From NCBI GenBank assembly GCA_031276355.1, contig JAISNC010000061.1, positions 17,285-81,284 of the forward strand: DNA of 64,000 bases, in the 5' to 3' direction. Numbering within the stretch: the first letter of the stretch is position 1; each line of letters opens with the position of its first letter. The notes under the pieces were generated by a model. It was not told the origin of the DNA and did not search any database. It was given only the letters and a program-made list of their open reading frames with translations. The DNA comes from Odoribacteraceae bacterium. GTDB taxonomy: Bacteria > Bacteroidota > Bacteroidia > Bacteroidales > Marinifilaceae. Below are positions 29,596-38,893 of this stretch, in pieces. The position numbers and the translations under genes were made by a program.

Positions 29596-30237
29596 ATGAA
29601 ACATCTATTTTTTTTACTTGCCATTCTCTTTTCCGTACCTGTCGCCAAGGCCCAGGATCTGCAAGAGATAAAGTTAAACGCTCCCGACAAGACCCGCGGA
29701 AGTTCCGTGATGAAAGCCCTGAGCGACAGGGCCTCCGTGCGGGAGATGGACGAGAGAGCGCTCTCTCTCCAGGACTTGAGCGACCTGCTGTGGGCTGCCT
29801 ACGGGGTAAATCGTCCCGACGGGCGGCGTACCGCCCCTACCGCCAAAAACGACCAGGACATCGACCTCTACGTGGCCTTGCCCGCGGGCACGTATCTCTA
29901 TGATGCGCGGAACCATCTTCTCAAGCCAGTCGTCAGCGGCGACCTCCGGCCGGTGCTGGCCGCTGGTCAAGAGTTTGTCAAGAAGGTGCCGGTAGTCCTG
30001 CTCATCGTCTCGGATTACTCCCGTTTCCGGATGGGCAACACCGAGATGGCACGCCTCTGGGGAGCCATGGACGGGGGAATCGTCTCCCAGAATATCAATA
30101 TCTTTTGTGCAGCCGTGGGGCTCTCCACCGTCCCTCGCGCCTACATGGATCAGGCGAAACTGAAGGAGATCTTGAGCCTGAAGGAGACCCAGATGCCGGT
30201 GTTGAACAATCCCGTCGGCTATCCCAAGAAAAGGTGA
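29596..30237 (+). CDS. nitroreductase-fold (SagB/nitroreductase family) protein with an N-terminal signal peptide
   Basis: MKHLFFLLAILFSVPVAKAQ signal, then ...RASVREMDERALSLQDLSDLLWAAYGVNRPDGRRTAPTAKNDQDIDLYV...GGIVSQNINIFCAAVGLSTVPRAYMD. The start is chosen at the signal-peptide Met rather than at 29422. Confidence 0.78.
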   Translation: MKHLFFLLAILFSVPVAKAQDLQEIKLNAPDKTRGSSVMKALSDRASVREMDERALSLQDLSDLLWAAYGVNRPDGRRTAPTAKNDQDIDLYVALPAGTYLYDARNHLLKPVVSGDLRPVLAAGQEFVKKVPVVLLIVSDYSRFRMGNTEMARLWGAMDGGIVSQNINIFCAAVGLSTVPRAYMDQAKLKEILSLKETQMPVLNNPVGYPKKR

Positions 30238-30363
30238 ATCACGCGTGGCAGAGAGGCGTGCCCCGATGTAGCTTTTGGGGTGTCGTCGCGATGCCCATAC
30301 CATGTTGCACGACAGAACAAGTAAAAAATAAAAAAAAAGTTGGAATCTTGACGGAGATATACC

Positions 30364-30371
30364 TATATTTG
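30364..30371 (+). promoter_or_regulatory. candidate -7 box (TATATTTG) for the leu leader and operon
   Basis: TAnnTTTG match 22 nt upstream of the leader-peptide ATG. Confidence 0.5.
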
Positions 30372-30393
30372 CCCCGTTAAAAACGACAAGAAC

Positions 30394-30468
30394 ATGACAG
30401 GGTTACTGCTAAACGCGCTATTTCTTCTATCTATCCTGCTATCGCGGCGATGGGAGAAAGGCGTGTAG
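30394..30468 (+). CDS. leu operon leader peptide (24 codons, 8 Leu)
   Basis: ATG ACA GGG TTA CTG CTA AAC GCG CTA TTT CTT CTA TCT ATC CTG CTA TCG CGG CGA TGG GAG AAA GGC GTG TAG translates to MTGLLLNALFLLSILLSRRWEKGV. It is followed by a terminator and then leuA. Confidence 0.65.
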   Translation: MTGLLLNALFLLSILLSRRWEKGV

Positions 30469-30490
30469 TAGCGTGACAACTTCAAAACAT

Positions 30491-30524
30491 AGGGCCTTTC
30501 TCGCGGGAAAGGCCCTGTTTTTTT
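30491..30524 (+). terminator. attenuator terminator of the leu leader
   Basis: AGGGCCTTTC-tcgcgg-GAAAGGCCCT followed by GTTTTTTT. The upstream GAGAAAGGC (30454-30462) can pair with the 5' arm GCCTTTCTC as an antiterminator. Confidence 0.75.
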
Positions 30525-30561
30525 ATAGAGACATATAAAGAGGTATTAAAAAAACGTGACG

Positions 30562-32070
30562 ATGGAGAAAATACACATTTTTGACACCACCTTGCGGGAT
30601 GCCGAGCAGGTGCCCGGTTGCCAGTTGAACACCGTCGAGAAGATCGAGGTCGCCCGTCAGCTGGAAAAATTAGGCGTGGACGTGATCGAGGCCGGGTTCC
30701 CGGTCTCCAGCCCGGGCGATTACAAGTCGGTGATAGAGATATCAAAAGCCGTGACACGCCCCGTGATTTGTGCCCTAACGCGGGCCATCAAGCGCGACAT
30801 CGAGGTGGCCGCCGAAGCCCTCAAAAACGCCAAGCGAGCGCGGATACACACCGGCATCGGCACCTCCCCCTATCACATCCGCGAGAAACTAAACACCACC
30901 CCGGAAGAGGTCGTCCGTCGGGCCGTCGAGGCGGTGAAATACGCCCGGCAGTTTGTCGATGATGTCGAGTTTTACGCCGAGGATGCCGGGCGCACGGGCG
31001 ACGACTTTCTCGCGCGCGTCGTCGAGGCCGTCATCCGGGCGGGGGCCACCGTTGTCAACATCCCGGACACCACCGGCTATTGCCTCCCCGATGCCTACGG
31101 GGCGAAAATCGCCTACCTCCGCGCGCGCGTCCCGAACATCGACAAGGCCATTCTCTCCACTCACTGCCACGACGACCTCGGCATGGCCACGGCGAACACC
31201 ATTGCCGGCGTGCAAAACGGTGCCCGGCAAGTGGAGGTGACCGTCAACGGGCTGGGCGAGCGGGCCGGCAATACCCCCCTCGAGGAGGTCGTCATGGCCA
31301 TCGCCTGCCACGACAGCCTTCCCTTCGAACTGGGCATCAACACGCGAGAGATCCTCCACGCCAGTCGCCTCGTCTCGACCCTCATGCGCGTGCCCGTACA
31401 ACCCAACAAGGCCATCGTCGGGCGCAACGCCTTCGCGCACTCCTCCGGCATCCACCAGGATGGTGTCCTGAAGAGCCGCGAGACGTACGAGATCATCGAC
31501 CCGACGGCGGTTGGAGTCGACGAGTCGAGCATCATCCTCACGGCGCGTAGCGGGCGGGCGGCCTTGAAACATCACCTGGAGCGGATCGGATACCTCCCCG
31601 GCGACCAGGAGTTAAACATCCTCTACGAGAAGTTCCTCGACCTGGCCGACAAGAAGAAGGAGATCACCCCGCGCGACCTCGAGGTGCTCGTGGGCAACGA
31701 ACTCTCGCGCCGCGATCGCCATTTTCACCTGGAGGCCCTGCAAGTCACCTGCGGCGCTACCACCATCCCCACGGCCACGCTACGCGTCCGTAAGGGCGAC
31801 GAACTGCTGGCCGCCACCGCCCACGGAAACGGCCCGATCGATGCCGCCTTCAACGCCATCAAGGGTATCATTCCGCAACAAATCATCCTCGAGGAGTACC
31901 TTGTCCAGGCCATCACCCGCGGTAGCGACGACCTTGGCAAAGTGCACGTCCAGCTCTCCCACGAGGGGCGCGCCTACCACGGGTTTGCCGCGAACGTCGA
32001 CACGATCTCCGCCTCCGTCGAGGCCTTCCTCGATGCCGTTTCCAAGATAAACGATCAGCCGCAACCATGA
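30562..32070 (+). CDS. leuA: 2-isopropylmalate synthase
   Basis: [23 protein letters not shown]..., [14 protein letters not shown]-terminal LeuA regulatory domain. A GTG at 30556 is an alternative start. Confidence 0.95.
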   Translation: MEKIHIFDTTLRDAEQVPGCQLNTVEKIEVARQLEKLGVDVIEAGFPVSSPGDYKSVIEISKAVTRPVICALTRAIKRDIEVAAEALKNAKRARIHTGIGTSPYHIREKLNTTPEEVVRRAVEAVKYARQFVDDVEFYAEDAGRTGDDFLARVVEAVIRAGATVVNIPDTTGYCLPDAYGAKIAYLRARVPNIDKAILSTHCHDDLGMATANTIAGVQNGARQVEVTVNGLGERAGNTPLEEVVMAIACHDSLPFELGINTREILHASRLVSTLMRVPVQPNKAIVGRNAFAHSSGIHQDGVLKSRETYEIIDPTAVGVDESSIILTARSGRAALKHHLERIGYLPGDQELNILYEKFLDLADKKKEITPRDLEVLVGNELSRRDRHFHLEALQVTCGATTIPTATLRVRKGDELLAATAHGNGPIDAAFNAIKGIIPQQIILEEYLVQAITRGSDDLGKVHVQLSHEGRAYHGFAANVDTISASVEAFLDAVSKINDQPQP

Positions 32071-33434
32071 ACACGCTCTTTGACAAGATCTGGGATGCCC
32101 ACGTCGTCGAGGCCCTCCCCGGCGACACGCACGTTCTCTACATCGACCGCCAGTATATCCACGAGGTCACCTCCCCACAGGCCTTCGAGGGCTTGCGCCG
32201 CCGGGGGGTGCCGCTCTTCCGCCCGGGGCAGGTCACGGCCATCCCCGACCACAACATCCCCACCCTCTGCCAACACCTGCCCGTCGCCGACCCCCTCTCC
32301 CGTGCGCAGCTGGACACCCTCGAGCGGAACTGCGTCGCGCATGACATCTCCCTCTTCCGCATCGGTACCCCCCACCACGGCATCGTCCACGTCGCCGGTC
32401 CCGAGAGCGGCCTCACGCTCCCCGGCATGACCATCGTCTGCGGCGACAGCCACACCTCCACTCACGGGGCGCTCGGGTGTGTCGCCTTCGGCATCGGCAC
32501 CAGCGAGGTCGAGATGGCCCTCGCCACGCAGTGCATCCTCCAACCCAAGCCCCGGCCGGCTCGCGTGCGGGTCGAGGGGAGGTTACCCGCAGGCACCTGT
32601 GCCAAGGATCTGATCCTTCACGTGATCTCCCGCATCGGTACGGCCGGCGGCACGGGTTACTTCGTCGAGTTTGCCGGTACCGCGATCCGTGCTCTCTCGT
32701 TGGAAGCGCGCATGACCGTCTGCAACATGAGTATCGAGATGGGTGCCCGTGGCGGCATGATCGCTCCCGACGACGCGACCTTCGACTACCTCCGCGACCG
32801 CCCCTTCGCCCCGCGGGGAGCCGCCTGGGAGCGAGCCATCGAACGGTGGCGTGCGCTCCCGAGCGATGACGATGCCCGGTTTGATGCCGAGTTCACCTTC
32901 GATGCCGGGGAGATCGCCCCGATGATCACGTACGGCACGAATCCCGCCACCGGCATCCCGGTCACCGCCACCATTCCCCCGGCCGCGGATCCCCAAGCCC
33001 TCGCCTACATGGGGCTGCACGCCGGCGAACCGCTGGTCGGCAAGCGCGTTGACCACGTCTTCGTCGGCAGCTGCACGAACGGTCGCCTCGAGGATCTGCG
33101 GGCCTTCGCCTCTCTCGTGAAGGGCAAGCGCCGGGCACCGGGTGTCACGGCCTGGATCGTCCCCGGCAGCCAGGAGGTCGAGCGGCGGGCCATCGCCGAG
33201 GGGGTGCGCGACACGCTCGAGGCGGCGGGCTTCGTCCTGCGACAGCCGGGCTGTTCCGCCTGCTTAGCGATGAACGAGGACAAGGTGCCCCCGGGCAAGT
33301 ACTGCGTGGCCACCTCCAACCGCAACTTCGAGGGGCGACAGGGACCCGGTGCCCGCACCTTTCTCGCCGGTCCGCTCGTGGCCGCTGCCGCCGCCGTGAC
33401 CGGGGAGATACGGGACCCCAGGGAACTCATGTAA
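32067..33434 (+). CDS. leuC: 3-isopropylmalate dehydratase large subunit
   Basis: [14 protein letters not shown]..., [25 protein letters not shown], aconitase-type Cys motifs. ATGA overlap with leuA. Confidence 0.95.
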   Translation: MNTLFDKIWDAHVVEALPGDTHVLYIDRQYIHEVTSPQAFEGLRRRGVPLFRPGQVTAIPDHNIPTLCQHLPVADPLSRAQLDTLERNCVAHDISLFRIGTPHHGIVHVAGPESGLTLPGMTIVCGDSHTSTHGALGCVAFGIGTSEVEMALATQCILQPKPRPARVRVEGRLPAGTCAKDLILHVISRIGTAGGTGYFVEFAGTAIRALSLEARMTVCNMSIEMGARGGMIAPDDATFDYLRDRPFAPRGAAWERAIERWRALPSDDDARFDAEFTFDAGEIAPMITYGTNPATGIPVTATIPPAADPQALAYMGLHAGEPLVGKRVDHVFVGSCTNGRLEDLRAFASLVKGKRRAPGVTAWIVPGSQEVERRAIAEGVRDTLEAAGFVLRQPGCSACLAMNEDKVPPGKYCVATSNRNFEGRQGPGARTFLAGPLVAAAAAVTGEIRDPRELM

Positions 33435-33453
33435 CACGTAACACCACCACACG

Positions 33454-34041
33454 ATGAGAGAACGATTTATCACCTTAACATCCCCCGTCGTCCCCCTGGA
33501 ACGGGACAACGTGGACACCGATCAGATCATCCCCGCCCGCTTCCTCAAGGCCACCTCCCGCGAGGGGTTCGGCGACAAGCTTTTCCACGACTGGCGCTAC
33601 GACAGCGCCGGTTGCCCCCGCCCGGACTTCGTCCTGAACGACCCGACGCACCGCGGTACGATCCTCGCCGCGGGCAAGAACTTTGGCTGCGGGTCGAGCC
33701 GCGAGCACGCCGCGTGGGCCATTCGCGGGGCTGGCTTCCGGGCCGTGCTCTCGCCGCGGTTTGCCGACATCTTCCGCGAGAACGCCCTCAACAACGGCCT
33801 CTTGCCCGTGCAACTGCCCGCCCCGTTCCTCGAGCGGGTATTTACCGTGACCCGCGAGCGACCGGAGGCGGCGGTGACCGTCGACCTTGAACGGCAGGAG
33901 GTGCGCTTCGAGGGCGAGACGGCCCCCTTCGACATCCCCCCGTATCGGAAGAGGTGCCTCCTGCAGGGCTTCGATGACATCGACTACTTGCTGAGCATCC
34001 GCGATAAAATCATCCTGTTTGAAAAACAACACGCGCTATGA
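33454..34041 (+). CDS. leuD: 3-isopropylmalate dehydratase small subunit
   Basis: 195 aa. ...DNVDTDQIIPARFLK..., GKNFGCGSSREHAAWA. Confidence 0.95.
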   Translation: MRERFITLTSPVVPLERDNVDTDQIIPARFLKATSREGFGDKLFHDWRYDSAGCPRPDFVLNDPTHRGTILAAGKNFGCGSSREHAAWAIRGAGFRAVLSPRFADIFRENALNNGLLPVQLPAPFLERVFTVTRERPEAAVTVDLERQEVRFEGETAPFDIPPYRKRCLLQGFDDIDYLLSIRDKIILFEKQHAL

Positions 34042-35099
34042 AACTACACATCGCGCTCCTCCCCGGCGACGGCATCGGCGAGGAGATCATCACGCAAGCC
34101 GTCAAGTGCGTCGATGCCACTTGCCGGCGTTTCGGCCACGAGGTGACGTACTCCCGCGGCCTTGTCGGGGCGGCGGCCATCGATGCGACGGGGGATCCCT
34201 ACCCGGAGGCGACGCATCGCCTCTGCGTGGAGGCGGGAGTCGTGCTTTTCGGGGCCGTCGGCTCGCCCCGCTACGACAATGACCCCTCTGCCCGCGTGCG
34301 CCCCGAGCAGGGATTGCTTGCCATGCGCGGCCGCCTGGGGCTTTACGCCAACCTGCGGCCGGTGAATATCTTCCCGTCACTTGTCGCCCGTTCGCCGTTG
34401 CGCGGCGAGTTGCTCGAGGGGGTCGACATTCTATGCGTTCGCGAGCTGACGGGCGGCATCTACTTCGGTCGGCCGCGGGGGCGCTCCGAGGACGGGGAGA
34501 CGGCCTACGACACCTGCGTTTACACGCGCGAGGAGGTACGTCGCGTCTGCGCCCTCGCCTTCGAGCAGGCGCGCCGTCGCCGGGGCCGCCTGACGGTGGT
34601 TGACAAGGCAAATGTCCTGGCCACCTCCCGTCTCTGGCGCGAGACGGCACGGGAGATGGCACCCGCCTACCCGGACGTCACGGTGGAATACATGTTCGTC
34701 GACAACGCCGCGATGCAGCTCGTCCGGCAACCGGCGGCGTTTGACGTGATCGTGACGGAGAACCTGTTCGGCGACATCCTGACCGACGAGGCCGGTGCGA
34801 TCACCGGTTCGCTGGGGCTTCTCCCCTCGGCCTCGGTGGGGGCGGGCGTGTCGCTCTTCGAGCCGATTCACGGCTCCTACCCGCAGGCGGCGGGGAAGGA
34901 CATCGCGAACCCGGTGGCGACTATTCTCTCCGCCGCGATGATGTTCGAGCACGCGTACCATTTACACGCGGAGGGGGCCGCGATTCGTCGGGCCGTCGCC
35001 ACCGCCATCGCCGACGGTTTCGTAACGGAGGATATCAGCGCCGATGGGCACGCGTATGGCACGCGGGCCGTCGGGTCGTATATCGCCGGGAAAATCTGA
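34038..35099 (+). CDS. leuB: 3-isopropylmalate dehydrogenase
   Basis: 353 aa. MKLHIALLPGDGIGEEI..., VRELTGGIYFG, NLFGDILTDEA. ATGA overlap with leuD. Confidence 0.95.
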   Translation: MKLHIALLPGDGIGEEIITQAVKCVDATCRRFGHEVTYSRGLVGAAAIDATGDPYPEATHRLCVEAGVVLFGAVGSPRYDNDPSARVRPEQGLLAMRGRLGLYANLRPVNIFPSLVARSPLRGELLEGVDILCVRELTGGIYFGRPRGRSEDGETAYDTCVYTREEVRRVCALAFEQARRRRGRLTVVDKANVLATSRLWRETAREMAPAYPDVTVEYMFVDNAAMQLVRQPAAFDVIVTENLFGDILTDEAGAITGSLGLLPSASVGAGVSLFEPIHGSYPQAAGKDIANPVATILSAAMMFEHAYHLHAEGAAIRRAVATAIADGFVTEDISADGHAYGTRAVGSYIAGKI

Positions 35100-35255
35100 T
35101 GAACCACCGGGGTTGTCTCAGAAATCTCGCATAAACGTCGCGCATCTCCATCGTCGCTCGACCCGCTGTCATAGAGAGTGGTCGCTCGTTTCGCGGGAGT
35201 GAGTGGTTCGTCTGAAATCCGCGAGAGGGGAAACGAATATCCGGGGAAAAAATGA

Positions 35256-35263
35256 TACCTTTG
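35256..35263 (+). promoter_or_regulatory. candidate -7 box (TACCTTTG) upstream of the GatB/YqeY gene
   Basis: TAnnTTTG match 31 nt upstream of the 35295 ATG. Confidence 0.4.
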
Positions 35264-35294
35264 TCGCGGGAAACATCTTAAAATTCACATCGCG

Positions 35295-35744
35295 ATGACA
35301 ATAGAAGAAAAAGTTAACAAGGGGATCATGGAGGCCATGAAAGCCCGCGAGACGCTTCGCTTAGAGGTGTTGCGCAACATCAAAAAAGTGTTCATCGAGG
35401 CGAAAGCCGCCCCGGGAGCTTCCGCGTCGCTGAGTGATGCGGAGTGCGTGAAGATCATCGGTAAGCTGGCAAAACAGGGACGAGACGCGGCCGCCATCTT
35501 CCTGCAACAAGGACGTACGGATCTGTACGACCACGAGAGCGCCCAAGTGGCCGTGCTCGAGGAGTTCCTCCCCCGACAGCTAAACGAAGAGGAGTTAATC
35601 GCCGCCCTCAAGGCGATCATCGAACAGGTGGGTGCCACCTCCGCGCAAGACACGGGTAAAGTGATGAGCGTAGCCACCCGCGCCCTGGCCGGCACGGCCG
35701 ACGGAAAGATCATTGCCGTTAAAGTCAAGGAGTTGCTGGGATGA
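35295..35744 (+). CDS. GatB/YqeY domain-containing protein
   Basis: 149 aa. MTIEEKVNKGIMEAMKARETLRLEVLRNIKK...LSDAECVKIIGKLAKQGRDAAAIF...EFLPRQLNEEELIAALKAII is typical of YqeY. Confidence 0.85.
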   Translation: MTIEEKVNKGIMEAMKARETLRLEVLRNIKKVFIEAKAAPGASASLSDAECVKIIGKLAKQGRDAAAIFLQQGRTDLYDHESAQVAVLEEFLPRQLNEEELIAALKAIIEQVGATSAQDTGKVMSVATRALAGTADGKIIAVKVKELLG

Positions 35745-37249
35745 CCACGATGACGGTAAAGGAGTGGACGAACGGCGTGATCAAGCAGGCTGAGATCGAC
35801 AAGTACCTCGTGGGAGGGAAAGATTTCATGGACGAGGCAGCCATCACGTCGGAACTGGAACGGCAACGCCGACCGGACGCGGGACGCGTGCGGGATATAT
35901 TACAAAAGTCACTGGAGATCAAAACACTCTCCCCCGAAGAGACGGCCGTGCTGTTAAACGTGGAGGATCCCATGTTGCTGGCCGAGATGCGGGAGACGGC
36001 ACTCGCGGTAAAGCGGAAGGTCTACGACAACCGGATCGTCTTCTTCGCTCCGCTCTACCTCTCAAACTTGTGCGTGAATAGCTGCCTCTACTGTGGGTTT
36101 CGCGTGGAGAACAAAGAGGAGAAACGCCACGTGCTGTCGATGGAAGAGGTGGCGCGCGAGACCGCGGCGGTGATCGACGAGGGGCACAAGCGCGTGATCG
36201 CCGTGTACGGGGAGCACCCGCGCAACGATGCCGATTATATCGCCTCCTCCCTCGCCACGATGTACTCGATCAAGCGGGCCACACCCACGGGGCGCGGCTT
36301 CAATAATATCCGCCGCATCAACGTCAACGCTGCCCCGATGGAGGTCGCGGATTTAAAAAAGTTGTGGCGGGCCGGTATCGGGACGTACCAGGTGTTCCAA
36401 GAGACGTACCACCGCGGCCGTTACGCGGAGTTGCACGCGCCGTCAACGATCAAGGGGAACTATCGCTGGCGCCTCTACGCGATGCACCGGGCGATGGAAG
36501 CGGGGATCGAGGACGTGGCGATCGGGGCGTTATTTGGCTTGTACGACTGGCGTTTCGAGGTGATGGGGTTGCTCTATCACGCGCTTGATTTAGAGCGACA
36601 GTTCGGCATTGGCCCGCACACGGTCTCGTTTCCACGGATGCAGCCCGCGCCGGGGGCTCCCGCGAGCACGCTCTCGCCCTACCTGGTGGACGACGAGTCG
36701 ACGCGCCGTTTAGTGACGGTGCTCCGCCTCGCTATCCCTTACAGCGGGCTGATCGTGACGGCTCGCGAGCATCCCGTCATCCGTCGCGAGTTGGTTCGCC
36801 TGGGATGTACACAGACGGATGCCTCGTCCCGCTTAGGCATCGGGGCTTACGCCAAGAAGTTGAGCCAAGAGGAGAACCCGGACAAGGTACAGTTCATGTT
36901 GGGCGACCAGCGGGGACTTGACGAGGTGACCCGGGAGCTGGCCCTCGACGGGATGATCACGTCGTTTTGCACGGCCGGGTATCGTTGCGGGCGCACCGGC
37001 GAGCGGATCATGACCATGCTGGAGAAAGGCGTGGAGGGAAAATTCTGCAAGTTAAACGCCGTGCTCACGTTCCGCGAGTTCTTAGACGATTACGCCTCCC
37101 CCGAAACGCGCGAGGCAGGAGAGAAAGTCGTGCAACGGGAACTGGAAGAGATCGAAAAAGATCCGTTTTTCACCGGGAAGAGATTGTTACCTCTTTTCCT
37201 TTCTTATTACAATAGGATAAAAAGCGGGGAGCGGGATTTGTACATGTGA
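35741..37249 (+). CDS. HydG-like radical SAM enzyme (ThiH/HydG family with a C-terminal extension)
   Basis: 502 aa. FAPLYLSNLCVNSCLYCGF (CX3CX2C), GIGTYQVFQETYH, GPHTVSFPRMQPAPG, C-terminal ITSFCTAGYRCGRTGERIM...FCKLNAVLTFREFLDDYASPETR resembling the HydG C-terminal domain. ATGA overlap with the upstream gene. Confidence 0.72.
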   Translation: MTTMTVKEWTNGVIKQAEIDKYLVGGKDFMDEAAITSELERQRRPDAGRVRDILQKSLEIKTLSPEETAVLLNVEDPMLLAEMRETALAVKRKVYDNRIVFFAPLYLSNLCVNSCLYCGFRVENKEEKRHVLSMEEVARETAAVIDEGHKRVIAVYGEHPRNDADYIASSLATMYSIKRATPTGRGFNNIRRINVNAAPMEVADLKKLWRAGIGTYQVFQETYHRGRYAELHAPSTIKGNYRWRLYAMHRAMEAGIEDVAIGALFGLYDWRFEVMGLLYHALDLERQFGIGPHTVSFPRMQPAPGAPASTLSPYLVDDESTRRLVTVLRLAIPYSGLIVTAREHPVIRRELVRLGCTQTDASSRLGIGAYAKKLSQEENPDKVQFMLGDQRGLDEVTRELALDGMITSFCTAGYRCGRTGERIMTMLEKGVEGKFCKLNAVLTFREFLDDYASPETREAGEKVVQRELEEIEKDPFFTGKRLLPLFLSYYNRIKSGERDLYM

Positions 37250-37260
37250 CCAAGCGGTTG

Positions 37261-37268
37261 TATCTTTG
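37261..37268 (+). promoter_or_regulatory. candidate -7 box (TATCTTTG) upstream of rubredoxin
   Basis: TAnnTTTG match 34 nt upstream of the 37303 ATG. Confidence 0.4.
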
Positions 37269-37302
37269 TTCGTAATTGTTTTACCTTAAAAAAACGAAAA
37301 CC

Positions 37303-37467
37303 ATGAGAAAGTTTATTTGTGTCGTCTGCGGGTACGTGTATGACCCCGTGATAGGAGATCCGGATAGCGGCATTGCACCGGGCACTGCCTTTGAAGATAT
37401 TCCCGAAGAGTGGGTTTGCCCGCTTTGCGGCGTGGGCAAGGAGGATTTCGAACCGACAGAGGAGTAA
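37303..37467 (+). CDS. rubredoxin
   Basis: [54 protein letters not shown], with two CxxCG knuckles. Confidence 0.93.
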   Translation: MRKFICVVCGYVYDPVIGDPDSGIAPGTAFEDIPEEWVCPLCGVGKEDFEPTEE

Positions 37468-37477
37468 GGGAAGATTT

Positions 37478-37570
37478 AACGACCCGTTAGGGCAGGCTCT
37501 AATGACCCGTTAGGGCAGGCTCTAACGACCCGTTAGGGGAGGCTCTAATGACCCGTTAAAGGGAAGGGGC
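37478..37570. repeat. tandem array, about 3.5 to 4 copies of a 23-bp unit (AAyGACCCGTTAGGGCAGGCTCT)
   Basis: Units at 37478-37500, 37501-37523 and 37524-37546. A degenerate fourth copy merges into the following hairpin. Confidence 0.88.
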
Positions 37571-37604
37571 TGTCTCGAATTGACTTTTGAGACAGCCCCT
37601 TTTT
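37565..37604 (+). terminator. intrinsic terminator after rubredoxin (member of the GGGGCTGTCTC...GAGACAGCCCC hairpin family)
   Basis: AGGGGCTGTCTC-gaattgactttt-GAGACAGCCCCT followed by TTTT. Confidence 0.7.
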
Positions 37605-37638
37605 CACGAACCACACGGCATGTACTTCCGGTATGTAG

Positions 37639-38850
37639 TTAATCCAACTCGTTGATGGTCTTCTTGATGATGTCGATGGCTTCCCGCAGTTCGGGTTCCG
37701 TGATCACCAACGGCGGGGCAAAACGGATGATGTGCTCGTGCGTCGGCTTGGCCAGCAGGCCGTTGTCACGTAACTTCAGGCAGACGTCCCACGCCGTTTG
37801 TCCGTCCTTGGGCCGAATCACGACGGCGTTCAACAGCCCCTTGCCGCGTACCAGTTCGACCCGGTCGGAGGCAATGGCCCCCACCTCGTCGCGGAAGATC
37901 TTCCCCAGGCGATCGGCGTTCTCTGCCAAATGCTCGTCCTTGACGACCTGTAACGCGGCAATCGAGACACGGCACGCGACGGGATTGCCGCCGTAAGTAG
38001 AGCCGTGTTCACCGGGCTTGATGGTCAACATGATCTCGTCGTCGGCCAGTACCGCGGAGACCGGTAACGCGCCGCCAGACAAGGCCTTGCCCAGGATCAA
38101 GATGTCGGGACGTACCCCCTCGTGGTCGCACGCGAGCATCCGGCCCGTGCGCGCGATGCCGGTCTGCACCTCGTCGGCCATAAAGAGGACGTTACGGGAT
38201 TTACACAGGTCGCTGGCCTTCTTCAGGTAGCCCTCGTCGGGGACATAAACGCCCGCTTCACCCTGGATCGGCTCAAGGAGAAAGCCGGCAACATGGGGAT
38301 CATGGAGGGCTGCCTCGAGGGCCGGAATGTCGTTGTAAGGAATCCGTAGGAAGCCCGGCGTAAAGGGGCCGAAGCGATCGTAGGAGGAGGGATCGTCGGA
38401 GAGACCGATGATGGTGATGGTGCGCCCGTGAAAGTTGCCGCCGCAGACGATGATCTTGGCCTTGTCGGCAGGGATGCCTTTCACGTCATAGGCCCAGCGG
38501 CGGCATAACTTGAGGGCGGTCTCGTCAGCTTCGGCACCAGTGTTCATCGGCAGCACCTTGTCGTAACCGAAATAACGGGTCACGTACTCCTCCCACTCTC
38601 CCAACACGTTGTTATAGAAGGCGCGGGAGGTGAGCGTCAGGATAGATGCCTGCTCCGTCATTGCCTGTACGATCTTCGGATGGCAGTGGCCTTGATTCAC
38701 GGCCGAGTAGGCGGAGAGGAAATCGAAGTAACGCTTGCCATCGACGTCCCAGACGTGGATGCCCTTGCCGCGGTCGAGAACGACGGGAAGCGGGTGATAG
38801 TTGTGGGCCCCATAGCGAGCCTCGCGTTCCATGTAGTCAATTGCTTTCAT
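37639..38850 (-). CDS. rocD: ornithine--oxo-acid aminotransferase
   Basis: 403 aa. [61 protein letters not shown]..., class-III aminotransferase core. Confidence 0.9.
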   Translation of the reverse strand: MKAIDYMEREARYGAHNYHPLPVVLDRGKGIHVWDVDGKRYFDFLSAYSAVNQGHCHPKIVQAMTEQASILTLTSRAFYNNVLGEWEEYVTRYFGYDKVLPMNTGAEADETALKLCRRWAYDVKGIPADKAKIIVCGGNFHGRTITIIGLSDDPSSYDRFGPFTPGFLRIPYNDIPALEAALHDPHVAGFLLEPIQGEAGVYVPDEGYLKKASDLCKSRNVLFMADEVQTGIARTGRMLACDHEGVRPDILILGKALSGGALPVSAVLADDEIMLTIKPGEHGSTYGGNPVACRVSIAALQVVKDEHLAENADRLGKIFRDEVGAIASDRVELVRGKGLLNAVVIRPKDGQTAWDVCLKLRDNGLLAKPTHEHIIRFAPPLVITEPELREAIDIIKKTINELD

Positions 38851-38893
38851 TTTACTCTATTTTTGGTGTTACGTTTTGCCCCGCGCGGGGCTA

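Noticed and set aside
30556-30561. GTG start for leuA as given in the ORF track
   Set aside because: An ATG two codons downstream (30562) gives the canonical [14 protein letters not shown]-terminus. The GTG cannot be excluded but is not needed.
35741-37249. Annotation as ThiH (thiazole tyrosine lyase)
   Set aside because: The protein is about 130 residues longer than ThiH. It has the Cys-containing C-terminal domain and the ...EYLEDYAS-like string typical of HydG. No thiamine genes flank it; the thiF-like gene is 20 kb away.
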